A stretch of DNA of 64,000 bases, from NCBI GenBank assembly GCA_030248215.1, contig JASANG010003752.1, positions 496,001 to 560,000 of the forward strand, given 5' to 3'. This DNA is from Enoplolaimus lenunculus. Taxonomy: Eukaryota. A program made the position numbers and the translations under genes. Positions 63,855 through 64,000 of this stretch are shown piece after piece. A model generated the notes under the pieces. The model saw only the letters and a program-made list of their open reading frames with translations, did not search any database and was not told the DNA's origin. How positions within the stretch are numbered: position 1 is the stretch's first letter; each line of letters begins with the position of its first letter.

Positions 63855-64000
63855 AAGGGGCGTAACAGTAGATTAGCGTATTCGTAAGCCTAAAGCGTTG
63901 CAAAAATGAGTTCCTAAGCCTAAGCCTAAGTGTAAGCAAAAATGAAATCTAGAATGTAAACCTACTCTTTTACAGACCCACCAGAAACCTGAACGCCCCT
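63855..64000 (+). mobile_element. Family B MITE, running off the window end
   Basis: AAGGGGCGTAACAGTAGATT...AGACCCACCAGAAACCTGAACGCCCCT is colinear with the 48825 copy. Confidence 0.8.

Noticed and set aside
10000..64000. Autonomous transposase or reverse transcriptase genes
   Set aside because: No long ORF or recognisable DDE/RT motifs; all elements seen are non-autonomous

Overview
AT-rich animal (invertebrate-type) nuclear DNA; the species cannot be determined from the sequence. I find one protein-coding gene, on the minus strand. Three ORF-track fragments splice with canonical GT-AG junctions and matching phase (9907-9439, 8514-8194, 6736-6045) into a 493-aa type I membrane protein. It has a signal peptide, an ectodomain resembling a divergent Delta/Serrate N-terminal C2 (MNNL) domain ending in a C-x3-Y-x-G-x2-C DSL-start motif, no complete DSL domain or EGF repeats, a transmembrane helix split by intron 2, and a ~210-aa low-complexity/polyQ tail. 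The ~54 kb upstream (10-64 kb) has no convincing CDS. It is packed with non-autonomous DNA transposons (MITEs) of at least ten families: Merlin-like elements (GGCC termini, 8-bp TSD) carrying (TTAGGC)n telomere-like arrays or a 9-bp minisatellite; Tc1/mariner (Tc2-like, TA TSD); CACTG foldbacks (CMC/EnSpm-like, 2-bp TSD); several hAT-like families (CAG..CTG, 8-bp TSD); and Harbinger-like and unclassified elements. There are also tRNA-derived SINE heads, nested insertions, local tandem duplications and a perfect hairpin with a template-switch signature. Family letters (A-J) are my own labels, and superfamily calls rest only on TIR/TSD signatures.
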